Source of the DNA: an uncultured Marinoscillum sp.
GTDB taxonomy: Bacteria; Bacteroidota; Bacteroidia; Cytophagales; Cyclobacteriaceae
DNA: 64,000 nucleotides
Direction of reading: 5' to 3'
Assembly (NCBI GenBank): GCA_964351885.1
Contig: CAYGPP010000001.1
Coordinates: 95,911-159,910 of the forward strand
Under the pieces are notes generated by a model, which saw only the letters and a program-made list of their open reading frames with translations, ran no database searches and was not told the DNA's origin. Both the position numbers and the translations under genes were made by a program. Below, piece by piece: positions 9,714 through 19,406 of this stretch; within the stretch, counting starts at the first letter, position 1; each line of letters opens with the position of its first letter.

Positions 9714-11431
9714 AGCATTTACTGCTAGCTATCTTCACTCTTATTCTAATAGAACTTGTTACGTTCGGTTGTGCTAACCCTAAGACTCCAACCGGAGGTC
9801 CCAAAGACACCATACCTCCTGTCATTCTCAACTCCACCCCCAAAAACCAATCTATCAACTTCAATGATAAAACAGTTGAACTTTCATTCAATGAACCGAT
9901 AAATGCAGACAAGCTCAAACAGAACCTCATAATTACGCCAACATCAGAGTTCAGTTATAAAGCGCTTGTCAAAAAGAATACGCTAACGCTCATTCTTGAT
10001 GAGTCTCTGGCAGATAGTACCACCTACACCTTCAACTTCTTTGACGGAGTTACAGATATCACCGAAAAAAATCCTTCAGATAATCTTGTTCTCGCCTTCA
10101 GCACTGGATCCTATATTGATTCAATATCCGTTTCCGGAAAAGTTTATGATATAATTAATGAAAATCCACTTTCCAAAATCACGATTGGTCTATATAAACA
10201 AACCGATACCCTTAATTTTACCATTGATAAACCCACCTATTTCATTAACTCAGATGACGAAGGATTTTTCAATATTCAAAATATCAAGTCGGGAGAGTAT
10301 CGGTTGCTTGTCTTTAATGACGAGAACAAAAATCTCTTATTTGATCCCTCAATCGAAAATCACGGTTTCCTAAGAGGCATTCTATCACTTGATTCCATCA
10401 ACATTGATTCATTGAACATCCCACTCTTGGAGCTTGATGTCTCCGAGCTATCCTTTTTAACTGGACGCCCATCATCTCACTACTTTGATATCCGATATTC
10501 TAAACCTCTCGTAACCTATGACATTGCCAGTGAACTCAATAAGCCAGTATATTCCAAACTTACGGAAGACCAAGATGCCATACGTGTATATAATATCAAC
10601 ATGCTTGCTGATAGCACACGTCTAGTAGTTACTGCCTTTGATACACTCGCATCATTCACAACCGATACCCTGTACGCCATCTTCCGATCCAGCTCAAAAA
10701 AACTAAATGCATTGTCTACCCAGATAACCCCCAAAACGAATAGCGTTTACTTCCCTGACGAAACTATTTCTATAAGCTTTAGCAAGCCGATAACGACTAT
10801 TACAGATAGTGCCTTTCTAGAATTCAGAATAGATTCGCTCATATCCTTTGATCTGCCAGTGAAAGGGCTATCCATGAATCAACAAAATACACTTATTACG
10901 TTTAGAACAACCATTGAACAACAGCAGATCAAGGACACCATTAATTCCTATCTAAGCCAACACCACGTTGACACATTAAATATTGATACTACACAACTCA
11001 TCACGAACAACCGACTCAATAAACACAACTCTAACAGCTTTACAATCTATCTTAAGACTGGCACATTCATTAGCGTAGAGTCAGATACAACCACTGAAAT
11101 CGCCCAGACATACCAGTTCCCGAATACAGAGACTTTTGGAAGCATTAATGTAACCATTGATAATCCCGCGAGCTCCTATATTGTACAAATTATGTCAGCC
11201 CAAAAAGTAGTACGGTCTCAAAAAAATTGTCTGGATTGCAAGTTCGATTTCATAAAACCTGGAAAGTACTGGACTAGGATACTACTTGATACTAATGAAG
11301 ACCATGTCTGGTCTCCTGGTAATATAAATTACGATATCCAGCCAGAACCCATAATCTACTTTCATGAGGAGACAACACTCCGGGCCAATTGGGAAGTAGC
11401 GCTTAATTACTCACTCTTGATAACCCGATAA
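9710..11431 (+). CDS. Ig-like (SbsA/Big_5-type) domain lipoprotein
   Basis: Lipobox LVTFGCAN followed by PTGGPKDTIPPVI, typical of the N-terminal Ig-like domain family. 4-nt ATGA overlap with the upstream gene. Confidence 0.6.
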   Translation: MKHLLLAIFTLILIELVTFGCANPKTPTGGPKDTIPPVILNSTPKNQSINFNDKTVELSFNEPINADKLKQNLIITPTSEFSYKALVKKNTLTLILDESLADSTTYTFNFFDGVTDITEKNPSDNLVLAFSTGSYIDSISVSGKVYDIINENPLSKITIGLYKQTDTLNFTIDKPTYFINSDDEGFFNIQNIKSGEYRLLVFNDENKNLLFDPSIENHGFLRGILSLDSINIDSLNIPLLELDVSELSFLTGRPSSHYFDIRYSKPLVTYDIASELNKPVYSKLTEDQDAIRVYNINMLADSTRLVVTAFDTLASFTTDTLYAIFRSSSKKLNALSTQITPKTNSVYFPDETISISFSKPITTITDSAFLEFRIDSLISFDLPVKGLSMNQQNTLITFRTTIEQQQIKDTINSYLSQHHVDTLNIDTTQLITNNRLNKHNSNSFTIYLKTGTFISVESDTTTEIAQTYQFPNTETFGSINVTIDNPASSYIVQIMSAQKVVRSQKNCLDCKFDFIKPGKYWTRILLDTNEDHVWSPGNINYDIQPEPIIYFHEETTLRANWEVALNYSLLITR

Positions 11432-11810
11432 TCCTGTTGATAACTCTTCTTTAGAATGTATATAAATGTGCTTTCATCCACATCCCATATCCGACAAGCA
11501 ATGAACAGTACAAAATCACGAACTTACCAACACTTATCCACCTCTTACGGACAGCAAAGGTGTATAAATAGTATCCACATCAGAATAAATGACTCGTCAA
11601 CATAATTCGTTAAAGAACAGTTTGTCAATTAGTTAAGATGTTAATACATTGTGAATCAATACATAAAACACTCAACTTATAAACAAACCCAATTTCCAAA
11701 TCTAATTTTGATCCTTTTCCCACATATCCACGTACTTAGTAATAGAAATAGCTTTTCTTTAAATTAAAAATTTATTAATATTATTTCAGCACAATTCGTG
11801 GATAACCTCA
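11432..11810. promoter_or_regulatory. DnaA-box cluster plus AT-rich tract (candidate oriC or DnaA-binding regulatory region)
   Basis: Five 9-mers carry the ATCCAC core of TTATCCACA: TCATCCACA 11474-11482, TTATCCACC 11534-11542, GTATCCACA 11571-11579, ATATCCACG 11724-11732 (all + orientation), and TTATCCACG on the - strand at 11797-11805. An AT-rich tract lies at 11741-11787. Confidence 0.45.
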
Positions 11811-13606
11811 GTCAGAAGTTTTTTTTAGCAGTCGTTTCTATCATTTTCGTACTTAATATCAATGCTCAAACCAATGACGCTAAACTGGCTAATGAGTATT
11901 TTCAAAATGGGGAGTTTGACAAAGCATATGAGCTGTATAAAGATTTAGAAAAGGACAAATTAGCTATCCCTTTGATTCATGCCAATTACATGGATTTGCT
12001 CTCTCTAAGAGATTCAGATAGACTCGAAAAATACTTAAGCAGAATCATTAAGCAGAACCCTTCAAGTCTTAATTACAAAGTTGATCTTGTGGCCTATTAT
12101 AAAAGTCAGAATTCGCCGAATTACAGAAAGGGGCTAAACGAGTTAGAGCACGAATATGAGTCCAATCATTACCAGTTGGCATCTATTGCAAAGCATTTAG
12201 AATCGAAAAAATTGATTCAAGAAGCTATTAGGTTCTATGAGTTATCTCGAAGGATAGCAGGTAGTCCATATTTTTATGCTTTAGAGATGGCGTCACTCTA
12301 CAGAAGTATAGATGAGAAGCGCAAAATGATTGATGAGTACATAAAATATGCTGAGAGCAATCCAGCTAATATCAATTACGTAAAGAACTTATTCCAAAAT
12401 ATACTTACTGAATTAAGTGATCAAGATCTATTGGAAGAAGCGCTGATATCTAAGATTCAGAATAATCCAAATCAATCTCTTTACCCGGACTTGTTGCTTT
12501 GGTTATTGATACAGAAAAAGGATTATTATGCTGCCTTCGTACAGGCCAGAGCTTTGGATAATAGGTTACAAAAGCCAGGTGATGAATCTATCAAGATAGC
12601 AAAAATTGCTTCGCAGAATCAATCATGGGAAGACGCAATAGATATCTATCAATATGTTATCGATAAATATCCAAAGCAACGAAACTATTCTTACGCTAGA
12701 GCAAAACTGATTGAAAGTAAAGAACAAAGAGCAAAAACCATTTTCCCAGTAGATACCGTATCCATTAGAAACTTAGCTCTTGAATATCAAGATTTCTTTA
12801 ATGAAATTGGCTCAAACCCTACTACTTTGGATGCCATGCGAAGCAAAGCCTTATTGCATGCGTTTTATTTGAATGAAGTAGATACAGCCATTGTTTTGCT
12901 CAAGTTTATTATTGAAAATAGGCAAAGCTCAGTTTCACTAACATCCCAGACAAAACTAGACCTTGGTGATATTTATCTTTTCAATGGTCAACCTTGGGAA
13001 TCCACTTTACTCTATTCTCAGGTTGAAAAATCGAATAAGCAAACACCATTGGGCTATGAAGCAAAACTGAAAAATGCAAAGTTGAATTATTATCAGGGCA
13101 ATTTTTCGCTAGCAAAAAGCCATCTAGATATCTTGAAGTTGGCCACAACGCGCACCACTTCAAATGACGCATTGGCGTTCACTCAAATAATTACTAACAA
13201 TACAGTTTTTGATACCACAGATCTAATTCTGCAAGCTTACGCATCCATTGATCTATTGATTTTTACAAATCAAAAAAATGAAGCGAAACACAAAATTGAC
13301 AGCCTTCTCATGATAGTGCCGAGTCATACTTTAGCTGATGAGCTTTACTGGTTGAGAGCTCAGATTGATTTAGAAAAAGGAGCTTATTTGGAAGCAATTG
13401 AAAGTCTCGACAATATAGTTACGAAATTCTCTTTTGATATTTTGGCGGATGATGCCCTGTATCAGAAAGGAATGATTCTTCAAGATTACCTTCAAGACAG
13501 TGCTCAGGCATATTCTGTATATTTAGAATTTCTAAAGAAACACCCTGGTAGCAGACATAGCGCAGTAGTTCGCAAGCGAATCAGGCAAATTCGAGAAGAG
13601 ACATAA
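11798..13606 (+). CDS. secreted TPR-repeat protein
   Basis: GTG start is the only start upstream of the signal peptide KFFLAVVSIIFVLNINAQ. Repeated TPR-like helical pairs run throughout. Confidence 0.7.
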   Translation: MDNLSQKFFLAVVSIIFVLNINAQTNDAKLANEYFQNGEFDKAYELYKDLEKDKLAIPLIHANYMDLLSLRDSDRLEKYLSRIIKQNPSSLNYKVDLVAYYKSQNSPNYRKGLNELEHEYESNHYQLASIAKHLESKKLIQEAIRFYELSRRIAGSPYFYALEMASLYRSIDEKRKMIDEYIKYAESNPANINYVKNLFQNILTELSDQDLLEEALISKIQNNPNQSLYPDLLLWLLIQKKDYYAAFVQARALDNRLQKPGDESIKIAKIASQNQSWEDAIDIYQYVIDKYPKQRNYSYARAKLIESKEQRAKTIFPVDTVSIRNLALEYQDFFNEIGSNPTTLDAMRSKALLHAFYLNEVDTAIVLLKFIIENRQSSVSLTSQTKLDLGDIYLFNGQPWESTLLYSQVEKSNKQTPLGYEAKLKNAKLNYYQGNFSLAKSHLDILKLATTRTTSNDALAFTQIITNNTVFDTTDLILQAYASIDLLIFTNQKNEAKHKIDSLLMIVPSHTLADELYWLRAQIDLEKGAYLEAIESLDNIVTKFSFDILADDALYQKGMILQDYLQDSAQAYSVYLEFLKKHPGSRHSAVVRKRIRQIREET

Positions 13607-13610
13607 GTCG

Positions 13611-14198
13611 CTAGAAAATAACTAGTCGGGGATCTTTACCAATCAACTCAGGATCTGGCGAAAAATGCTTGTCAAAAAATCCTCCAAGGTTTTCTTTGGT
13701 TTTTGCGGATAGAAAATCAGCTAATTCGCTCAAAGATTCACCAGATATCATATAAGGCCGAAATTCTGGGTTAATAAACTGGCCTTTGCAAAGAGCGAAT
13801 ATCTGATATTCATTACAATCTTGTTTGCGTTTACCGCTTACAAGACACTCCTGAATTAACGACTCGTCATCTTGATTTAACAATTCCATTCTTTTATTTG
13901 ATTGGAAATGATCACCTAAGAAGTTTTGAATACTGTTTTTTGAGTCCGCAGACAAAGCTTCTTGCATATTGATAGCACACTCCATACATATCGCACAGTC
14001 GAAAATTACATCGACAGCTTGATAACCAGAATATTGGCGTAGCGCTTTTTCGATCATATAATCTGCCCCGTCTAAGAGATATTTATCACATTCGATGCAA
14101 TGAGTGAACAATCCGTTTTCCTTAAACGAAAAGAATGATTTAGGAATAGGAGAAAAGGGAGCAAGATTAGAATTCATACACACAAAACTACATATCAC
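13611..14198 (-). CDS. hypothetical Cys-rich protein (putative zinc-binding)
   Basis: CIEC and CAICMEC motifs. An alternative start at Met8 (14177) is possible. Divergent from the MarR-fad operon. Confidence 0.55.
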   Translation of the reverse strand: MICSFVCMNSNLAPFSPIPKSFFSFKENGLFTHCIECDKYLLDGADYMIEKALRQYSGYQAVDVIFDCAICMECAINMQEALSADSKNSIQNFLGDHFQSNKRMELLNQDDESLIQECLVSGKRKQDCNEYQIFALCKGQFINPEFRPYMISGESLSELADFLSAKTKENLGGFFDKHFSPDPELIGKDPRLVIF

Positions 14199-14268
14199 GA
14201 ACAGGATAGCCCAAAATAGTATGCATGCATAACATATTTTCTATATATTTGGAATCCAATTTCGAGAT

Positions 14269-14742
14269 ATGAAGAGAGAAGAAACTGTTGATTATAACAT
14301 TAAAGTATCGTGGCATGCCATCTCTCGTATGTATAATCAATATGGGTCGGAGTTTGATGTCACTGCTTCGACAGGATTTGTGTTGCTTAATATTGATGCT
14401 GAAGAAGGAACTCCCGCAACCAAAATCGCCCCTCTAATGGGTATGGAAGCAAGATCGCTTACACGAATGCTTAAAACAATGGAGGATAAAAAATGGATTT
14501 ATCGAGAGCAAGATCCTAATGACGGAAGATCGGTTCGAATTTTTCTAACGGACTTAGGTAAGGAGAAGCGGACTTTTTCTCGACGAGCAGTTAAAGAGTT
14601 TAATGCTAAGATCCGTGAGATGGTTTCTGAAGACCAGATTCATCAGTTCATAGCGGTTACCAGAGCAATCACAGAATTATTAGACAATAAAAACCTTTTT
14701 GATAAACTAGCAGAAGCCTTTATTTATGAAACGAAAAATTAA
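14269..14742 (+). CDS. MarR family transcriptional regulator
   Basis: Winged-helix region (ATKIAPLMGMEARSLTRMLKTMEDKKWIYREQDPNDGRSVRIFLT). TATATTTG -7-like box at 14244-14251. Confidence 0.85.
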   Translation: MKREETVDYNIKVSWHAISRMYNQYGSEFDVTASTGFVLLNIDAEEGTPATKIAPLMGMEARSLTRMLKTMEDKKWIYREQDPNDGRSVRIFLTDLGKEKRTFSRRAVKEFNAKIREMVSEDQIHQFIAVTRAITELLDNKNLFDKLAEAFIYETKN

Positions 14743-17125
14743 AAAAGCAGTAGTTCTTGGCTCAGGCATAATGGGTTCACGAATAGCTTGCCATTTTGCC
14801 AATGTCGGTTTGGAGGTTCTTCTATTGGACATAAGTCCTAAAGAACTTTTGGCTCAGGAAAAAGAAGCAGGGCTGTCTCTTGACTCACCCCAAGTCAAAA
14901 ATAGAATAGTCAATGGTGCACTGCAGACAGCAGTCCAATCTAAACCCTCACCTCTTTACGAAAAACACAAAGCGAGCCTTATAACGACGGGTAATTTTGA
15001 CGATGATTTGAAGAAAATCGCTGATTACGATTGGGTAATCGAAGCAGTGGTGGAAAACCTCGAAATCAAAAACTCTCTCTTCGAGAAAGTAGAAAAACAC
15101 AGGAAACTCGGCACTTTAATTTCTTCTAATACGTCAGGTATTCCTATCAACTTCATGCTTAAAGGGCGTAGTGAGGATTTTCAGAATCATTTCTGTGGAA
15201 CTCACTTTTTCAACCCGCCGAGATACCTCAAATTGTTGGAGGTAATTCCAACAAAAAAGACCAAACAAGAAGTGGTCGATTTCTTCATGGAATATGGGGA
15301 TTTATTTCTTGGAAAAGAAACGGTACTATGCAAAGACACTCCGGCCTTTATCGCTAATAGGATTGGTATTTATGCCATTATGTCCGGAATGCATACCATT
15401 GAAAAAATGGGTCTTACTGTAAATGAAGTCGATAAGCTGAGTGGTCCAATTATCGGCCGAGCCAAATCTGCAACTTTTAGAACAATGGATGTCGTTGGTT
15501 TAGATACGGCAGTGAAAGTTGCTTCTGGATTATATGAGGGCTTACCAAATGATGAATCAAGAGAAAAGTTCAAGCTTCCAAAAATTGTCCAAGAACTGTA
15601 TGATCGAAAATGGTGGGGAGATAAGACCAAGCAGGGATATTATAAAAAAGTTGTCGAAGATGGTAAAAAGGAAATTTTAGAATTGAACCTTCAAACCTTC
15701 GAATATGAATCCAAAAGTAGGGTTAAACTTGATATCCTAGACAAAACCAAGAACGAAGAAGACCTAAAGAAAAGGCTGAAAATAGCCATAGAACATGAGG
15801 GTAGAGAGGGAGACTTTTACAGAGCTTCGTTCTTTGATTTATTTAGGTATTGTACTGAGCGAATTCCTGAAGTAGCCGACGAGCTTTATCGAATTGATCA
15901 AGCTGTCGCAGCAGGTTTTGGTTGGGAGCTGGGGCCGTTTGCCACATGGGATGCGATGGGTCTCAAAGGATGTGTAGAGAAAATGAAAGATCAAGATCTT
16001 GCGCCTGCTTCATGGGTAGATGAAATGCTTGGAGCAGGACACACATCGTTTTACAAATACGAAAATGGTAAAAAGCATTATTACGATATACCGAGTAAGT
16101 CTTACAAGGTAATCCCAGGCACTGAAGGGTTTATTTATTTGGATGCATTCAAGCAGAATAATGTAGTCTGGGAAAATGAAGGAGCAACCATTTATGATAT
16201 AGGAGATGGAATCTTGAATGTGGAGTTCCACACCAAAATGAACTCCATTGGTGCCGAAGTGATAGAAGGAGTAAATACAGCAATTAATTTAGCAGAAAAG
16301 GATTTTCAAGGACTTGTTATTGCTAATGAAGGTCAGAATTTCTCGGCTGGTGCCAACCTAGCTATGTTATTCATGTATGCTGTAGATCAAGAGTTTGATG
16401 AGATTGATATGATGATTCGTCAGTTTCAGTCTACCATGACAAGAGCAAGGTTCTCATCCATTCCTGTAGTTTCTGCACCTTCTGGTTTAGCGCTTGGAGG
16501 AGGTTGCGAACTTTCACTTCACTGTGATGGAATACAGGCGCATGCTGAAAGCTACATTGGTCTTGTAGAAGTAGGAGTCGGTCTGATTCCTGGTGGTGGC
16601 GGGACGAAAGAACTCACAATGAGAGCTTCGGACAAATACATGCCGAACGATCCGGAACTAAATATCCTTCAGGAGTATTTTATGAATATCGCGACGGCTA
16701 AGGTGGCTACTTCTGCACATGAAGCACGAGGAATGGACATACTTAGATCCGCAGATCGGATCACTTTGAATAGGTCACGATTAATCGCGGATGCCAAAAG
16801 CCGAGTATTGGAAATGGTCAACGCTGGATATACCCAACCAATAGAGCGAGAAGACATCAAAGTACATGGAAGATCTAGCATGGCAATGTTTGGCGCGGGT
16901 ATTACGGGAATGAAGTATGGTGCTTATATTTCAGAACACGATGCAAAAATTGCAGAGAAGCTCGCGTGGGTAATGAGCGGAGGAGACTTGTCCGCTTCTA
17001 CATTAGTAAGTGAATCGTATTTGTTGGACTTGGAGAGAGAAGCGTTTCTAAGTCTTTGCGGCGAGCAAAAGACTTTAGAGAGAATTCAAAGCATCCTATT
17101 TCAAGGTAAACCATTAAGAAACTAG
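14726..17125 (+). CDS. fadB: bifunctional 3-hydroxyacyl-CoA dehydrogenase / enoyl-CoA hydratase (FadB/FadJ-like)
   Basis: N-terminal Rossmann VVLGSGIMGSRIA, HFFNPP motif, and C-terminal crotonase-like region (GGGCELSLHCD). Confidence 0.9.
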   Translation: MKRKIKKAVVLGSGIMGSRIACHFANVGLEVLLLDISPKELLAQEKEAGLSLDSPQVKNRIVNGALQTAVQSKPSPLYEKHKASLITTGNFDDDLKKIADYDWVIEAVVENLEIKNSLFEKVEKHRKLGTLISSNTSGIPINFMLKGRSEDFQNHFCGTHFFNPPRYLKLLEVIPTKKTKQEVVDFFMEYGDLFLGKETVLCKDTPAFIANRIGIYAIMSGMHTIEKMGLTVNEVDKLSGPIIGRAKSATFRTMDVVGLDTAVKVASGLYEGLPNDESREKFKLPKIVQELYDRKWWGDKTKQGYYKKVVEDGKKEILELNLQTFEYESKSRVKLDILDKTKNEEDLKKRLKIAIEHEGREGDFYRASFFDLFRYCTERIPEVADELYRIDQAVAAGFGWELGPFATWDAMGLKGCVEKMKDQDLAPASWVDEMLGAGHTSFYKYENGKKHYYDIPSKSYKVIPGTEGFIYLDAFKQNNVVWENEGATIYDIGDGILNVEFHTKMNSIGAEVIEGVNTAINLAEKDFQGLVIANEGQNFSAGANLAMLFMYAVDQEFDEIDMMIRQFQSTMTRARFSSIPVVSAPSGLALGGGCELSLHCDGIQAHAESYIGLVEVGVGLIPGGGGTKELTMRASDKYMPNDPELNILQEYFMNIATAKVATSAHEARGMDILRSADRITLNRSRLIADAKSRVLEMVNAGYTQPIEREDIKVHGRSSMAMFGAGITGMKYGAYISEHDAKIAEKLAWVMSGGDLSASTLVSESYLLDLEREAFLSLCGEQKTLERIQSILFQGKPLRN

Positions 17126-17151
17126 AATTAACAACCTTAGACACCAAAATT

Positions 17152-18324
17152 ATGGACGCATATATAGTAGCAGGATTTCGCTCGGCTGTCGGGCGAGCAA
17201 AAAAAGGAGGGTTCCGGTTTTATAGACCTGATGATTTGGCTGCCGATGTAATAAAGCACCTTGTTAATTCTATCGACGGATTTGATTCTAAGCGAGTCGA
17301 TGATTTAATCGTTGGAAACGCTATTCCTGAAGCGGAGCAAGGAATGCAGATGGGAAGAATGATTTCCCTTCTTTCATTGCCTGTAGAAGTTCCTGGTATG
17401 ATTGTAAATAGATATTGTGGATCTGGTCTGGAAGCCATTCATTTGGCATGTGCTAGGGTACACTCTGGAACAGCGGACTGTATTATCGCTGGTGGGACTG
17501 AATCAATGTCTTTGGTTCCCATGCTGGGATATAAAACAGCACTGAACTGGAAAATTGCCGAGAACAACCCAGAGTACTATTTGAGCATGGGGTTGACAGC
17601 TGAAGAAGTTGCGAAGGACTTCAACATTTCAAAGGATGATGCAAATGAGTTTGCCATGCAGTCTCATCAAAAAGCAGCAAAAGCTATTTCCGAAGGGAAA
17701 TTCAAGGATGAAATTGTTCCTGTAACCGTTGAAGAAATCTTCGTCAAAGACGGACAAAAGAAAAAGAACTCATACGTGGTTGATACTGACGAATGTGTGC
17801 GAGCTAGCACCAACATGGACTCTTTGTCAGGTCTTCGTCCAGCATTTAAGCAGGGAGGTCAAGTTACTGCGGGAAATTCTTCTCCTACTTCTGATGGAGC
17901 AGCTTTCGTAATGGTTATGTCCGAAAAAATGGTCAAAGAATATAATCTTCAGCCAATTGCGAAGATGGTTAGCTATGCTGCAGCTGGTGTTAACCCCCGA
18001 ATTATGGGGATTGGTCCAGTCGAAGCAGTACCGAAAGCATTAAAGCAAGCGGGACTCAAACAAAATGATATAGATCTTATTGAATTGAATGAGGCATTTG
18101 CTGCACAATCACTTGCTGTAGTCAGAGGACTAGATCTTAATACAGATATACTCAATGTGAATGGAGGAGCGATAGCTCTTGGTCATCCACTTGGTTGCAC
18201 GGGTGCCAAACTGTCTATTTCATTATTCAACGAAATGAAAAGAAGAAACAGTAAATACGGAATGGTTACAGCCTGTGTTGGTGGTGGTCAAGGGGTAGCG
18301 GGTATTTATGAATATTTGCAGTAG
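17152..18324 (+). CDS. fadA: acetyl-CoA C-acyltransferase (thiolase)
   Basis: Active-site Cys context NRYCGSGLEA, NEAFAAQ, GGAIALGHPLGCTGAK, CVGGGQG. Confidence 0.95.
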   Translation: MDAYIVAGFRSAVGRAKKGGFRFYRPDDLAADVIKHLVNSIDGFDSKRVDDLIVGNAIPEAEQGMQMGRMISLLSLPVEVPGMIVNRYCGSGLEAIHLACARVHSGTADCIIAGGTESMSLVPMLGYKTALNWKIAENNPEYYLSMGLTAEEVAKDFNISKDDANEFAMQSHQKAAKAISEGKFKDEIVPVTVEEIFVKDGQKKKNSYVVDTDECVRASTNMDSLSGLRPAFKQGGQVTAGNSSPTSDGAAFVMVMSEKMVKEYNLQPIAKMVSYAAAGVNPRIMGIGPVEAVPKALKQAGLKQNDIDLIELNEAFAAQSLAVVRGLDLNTDILNVNGGAIALGHPLGCTGAKLSISLFNEMKRRNSKYGMVTACVGGGQGVAGIYEYLQ

Positions 18325-18354
18325 ACGACTCTTCATAAACAGGAACATAAAAAA

Positions 18355-18386
18355 ACCTTGTTGCAAGAGCAACAAGGTTTTCGTTT
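18355..18386 (+). terminator. rho-independent terminator of the fad operon
   Basis: ACCTTGTTGC (18355-18364), loop AAGA, GCAACAAGGT (18369-18378), then TTTCGTTTT. Confidence 0.8.
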
Positions 18387-18753
18387 TATAATCCTCTCCA
18401 GATTACGTTTGATATTCAAGAAGACTAGATTCCTGAACAATTATAAGTCACACCTTAGAGCCGAAAGGTTGGAATGGTTATGAAAAAATGAGTGAGCTTA
18501 ATGCCAAAGCAACACCATTTATTACAGAGACATGTATTGGACCTATTCTGTTTGTTATGGTGCTAATTTTTTGAATAAGCAATTTAGTATAATCCCAAAA
18601 GGGGAGATATGATATCATTTTAACTGTAGTTCACTCCGTGATTACCCCAGTTGCTTTTTAAAATATATGGTCATTCGCCATTAGCACATTAATTTGCTTT
18701 CCTTACTTAGTTTGTAGAATTCTCTGAGCTAATAAAATTTACTGGAATTAAAG

Positions 18754-19302
18754 ATGTTAAGTATGAAATCCTTAGACATTATATTATATGCCACATTTTT
18801 CATTTTCACGATTTCTTGCTCGAGTCATAGCGATAGAAAAGAGATTTCGATCTCAGAATTGAAATTTGACACAACAGATGCATCTGAGATATTTTTTAGT
18901 AACGTAAGGAAGCCCTCGTACAATTTAGAGGAGCTCAAGGAGGAGGGCATCAATCTTTATTTCCCAAAAACTGAAGACCAAGAATTAGAAAATATTACAC
19001 CATATTTAGTTCATAACTGGAGGTATGATCGGGCATATATCATGCTAAAAGGAGTTGATAATTTTGATAAAATGGTAATTAGGCTCAAGTCAGACACTGT
19101 TGAGTTTGAATCAGTATCAATTACTTCTCCCGCTGACCAAACGAAATTTTCTATAAAAGCGTACAATACGATCATAACGAACGATACCCTCCAATATCGA
19201 AGAAATAGTGGAAATTGGGGCGGATTCTTTTTAGACGACAAACAGAAAGAACTGTTCCGTATTACTTGTTATGATTTTTTACGGCTCGTGGAGCTCCAGT
19301 AA
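18754..19302 (+). CDS. hypothetical lipoprotein
   Basis: Signal peptide with lipobox FTISCSS. No recognised domain. Confidence 0.55.
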   Translation: MLSMKSLDIILYATFFIFTISCSSHSDRKEISISELKFDTTDASEIFFSNVRKPSYNLEELKEEGINLYFPKTEDQELENITPYLVHNWRYDRAYIMLKGVDNFDKMVIRLKSDTVEFESVSITSPADQTKFSIKAYNTIITNDTLQYRRNSGNWGGFFLDDKQKELFRITCYDFLRLVELQ

Positions 19303-19406
19303 AAGTTGCTATTTAGTAAAAAGGTAACCTCTGGCTAAGGCAGAAATTTTATAAAATCATTTAGTTTTGCGTATCTTTTCGAGTCTATCCTATTCAAACA
19401 CATCTG

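Noticed and set aside
14726-14742. 17-nt overlap between the MarR stop region and the fadB start
   Set aside because: This is ordinary operon overlap. The fadB start at 14726 is supported by the Rossmann motif beginning about 10 residues in.
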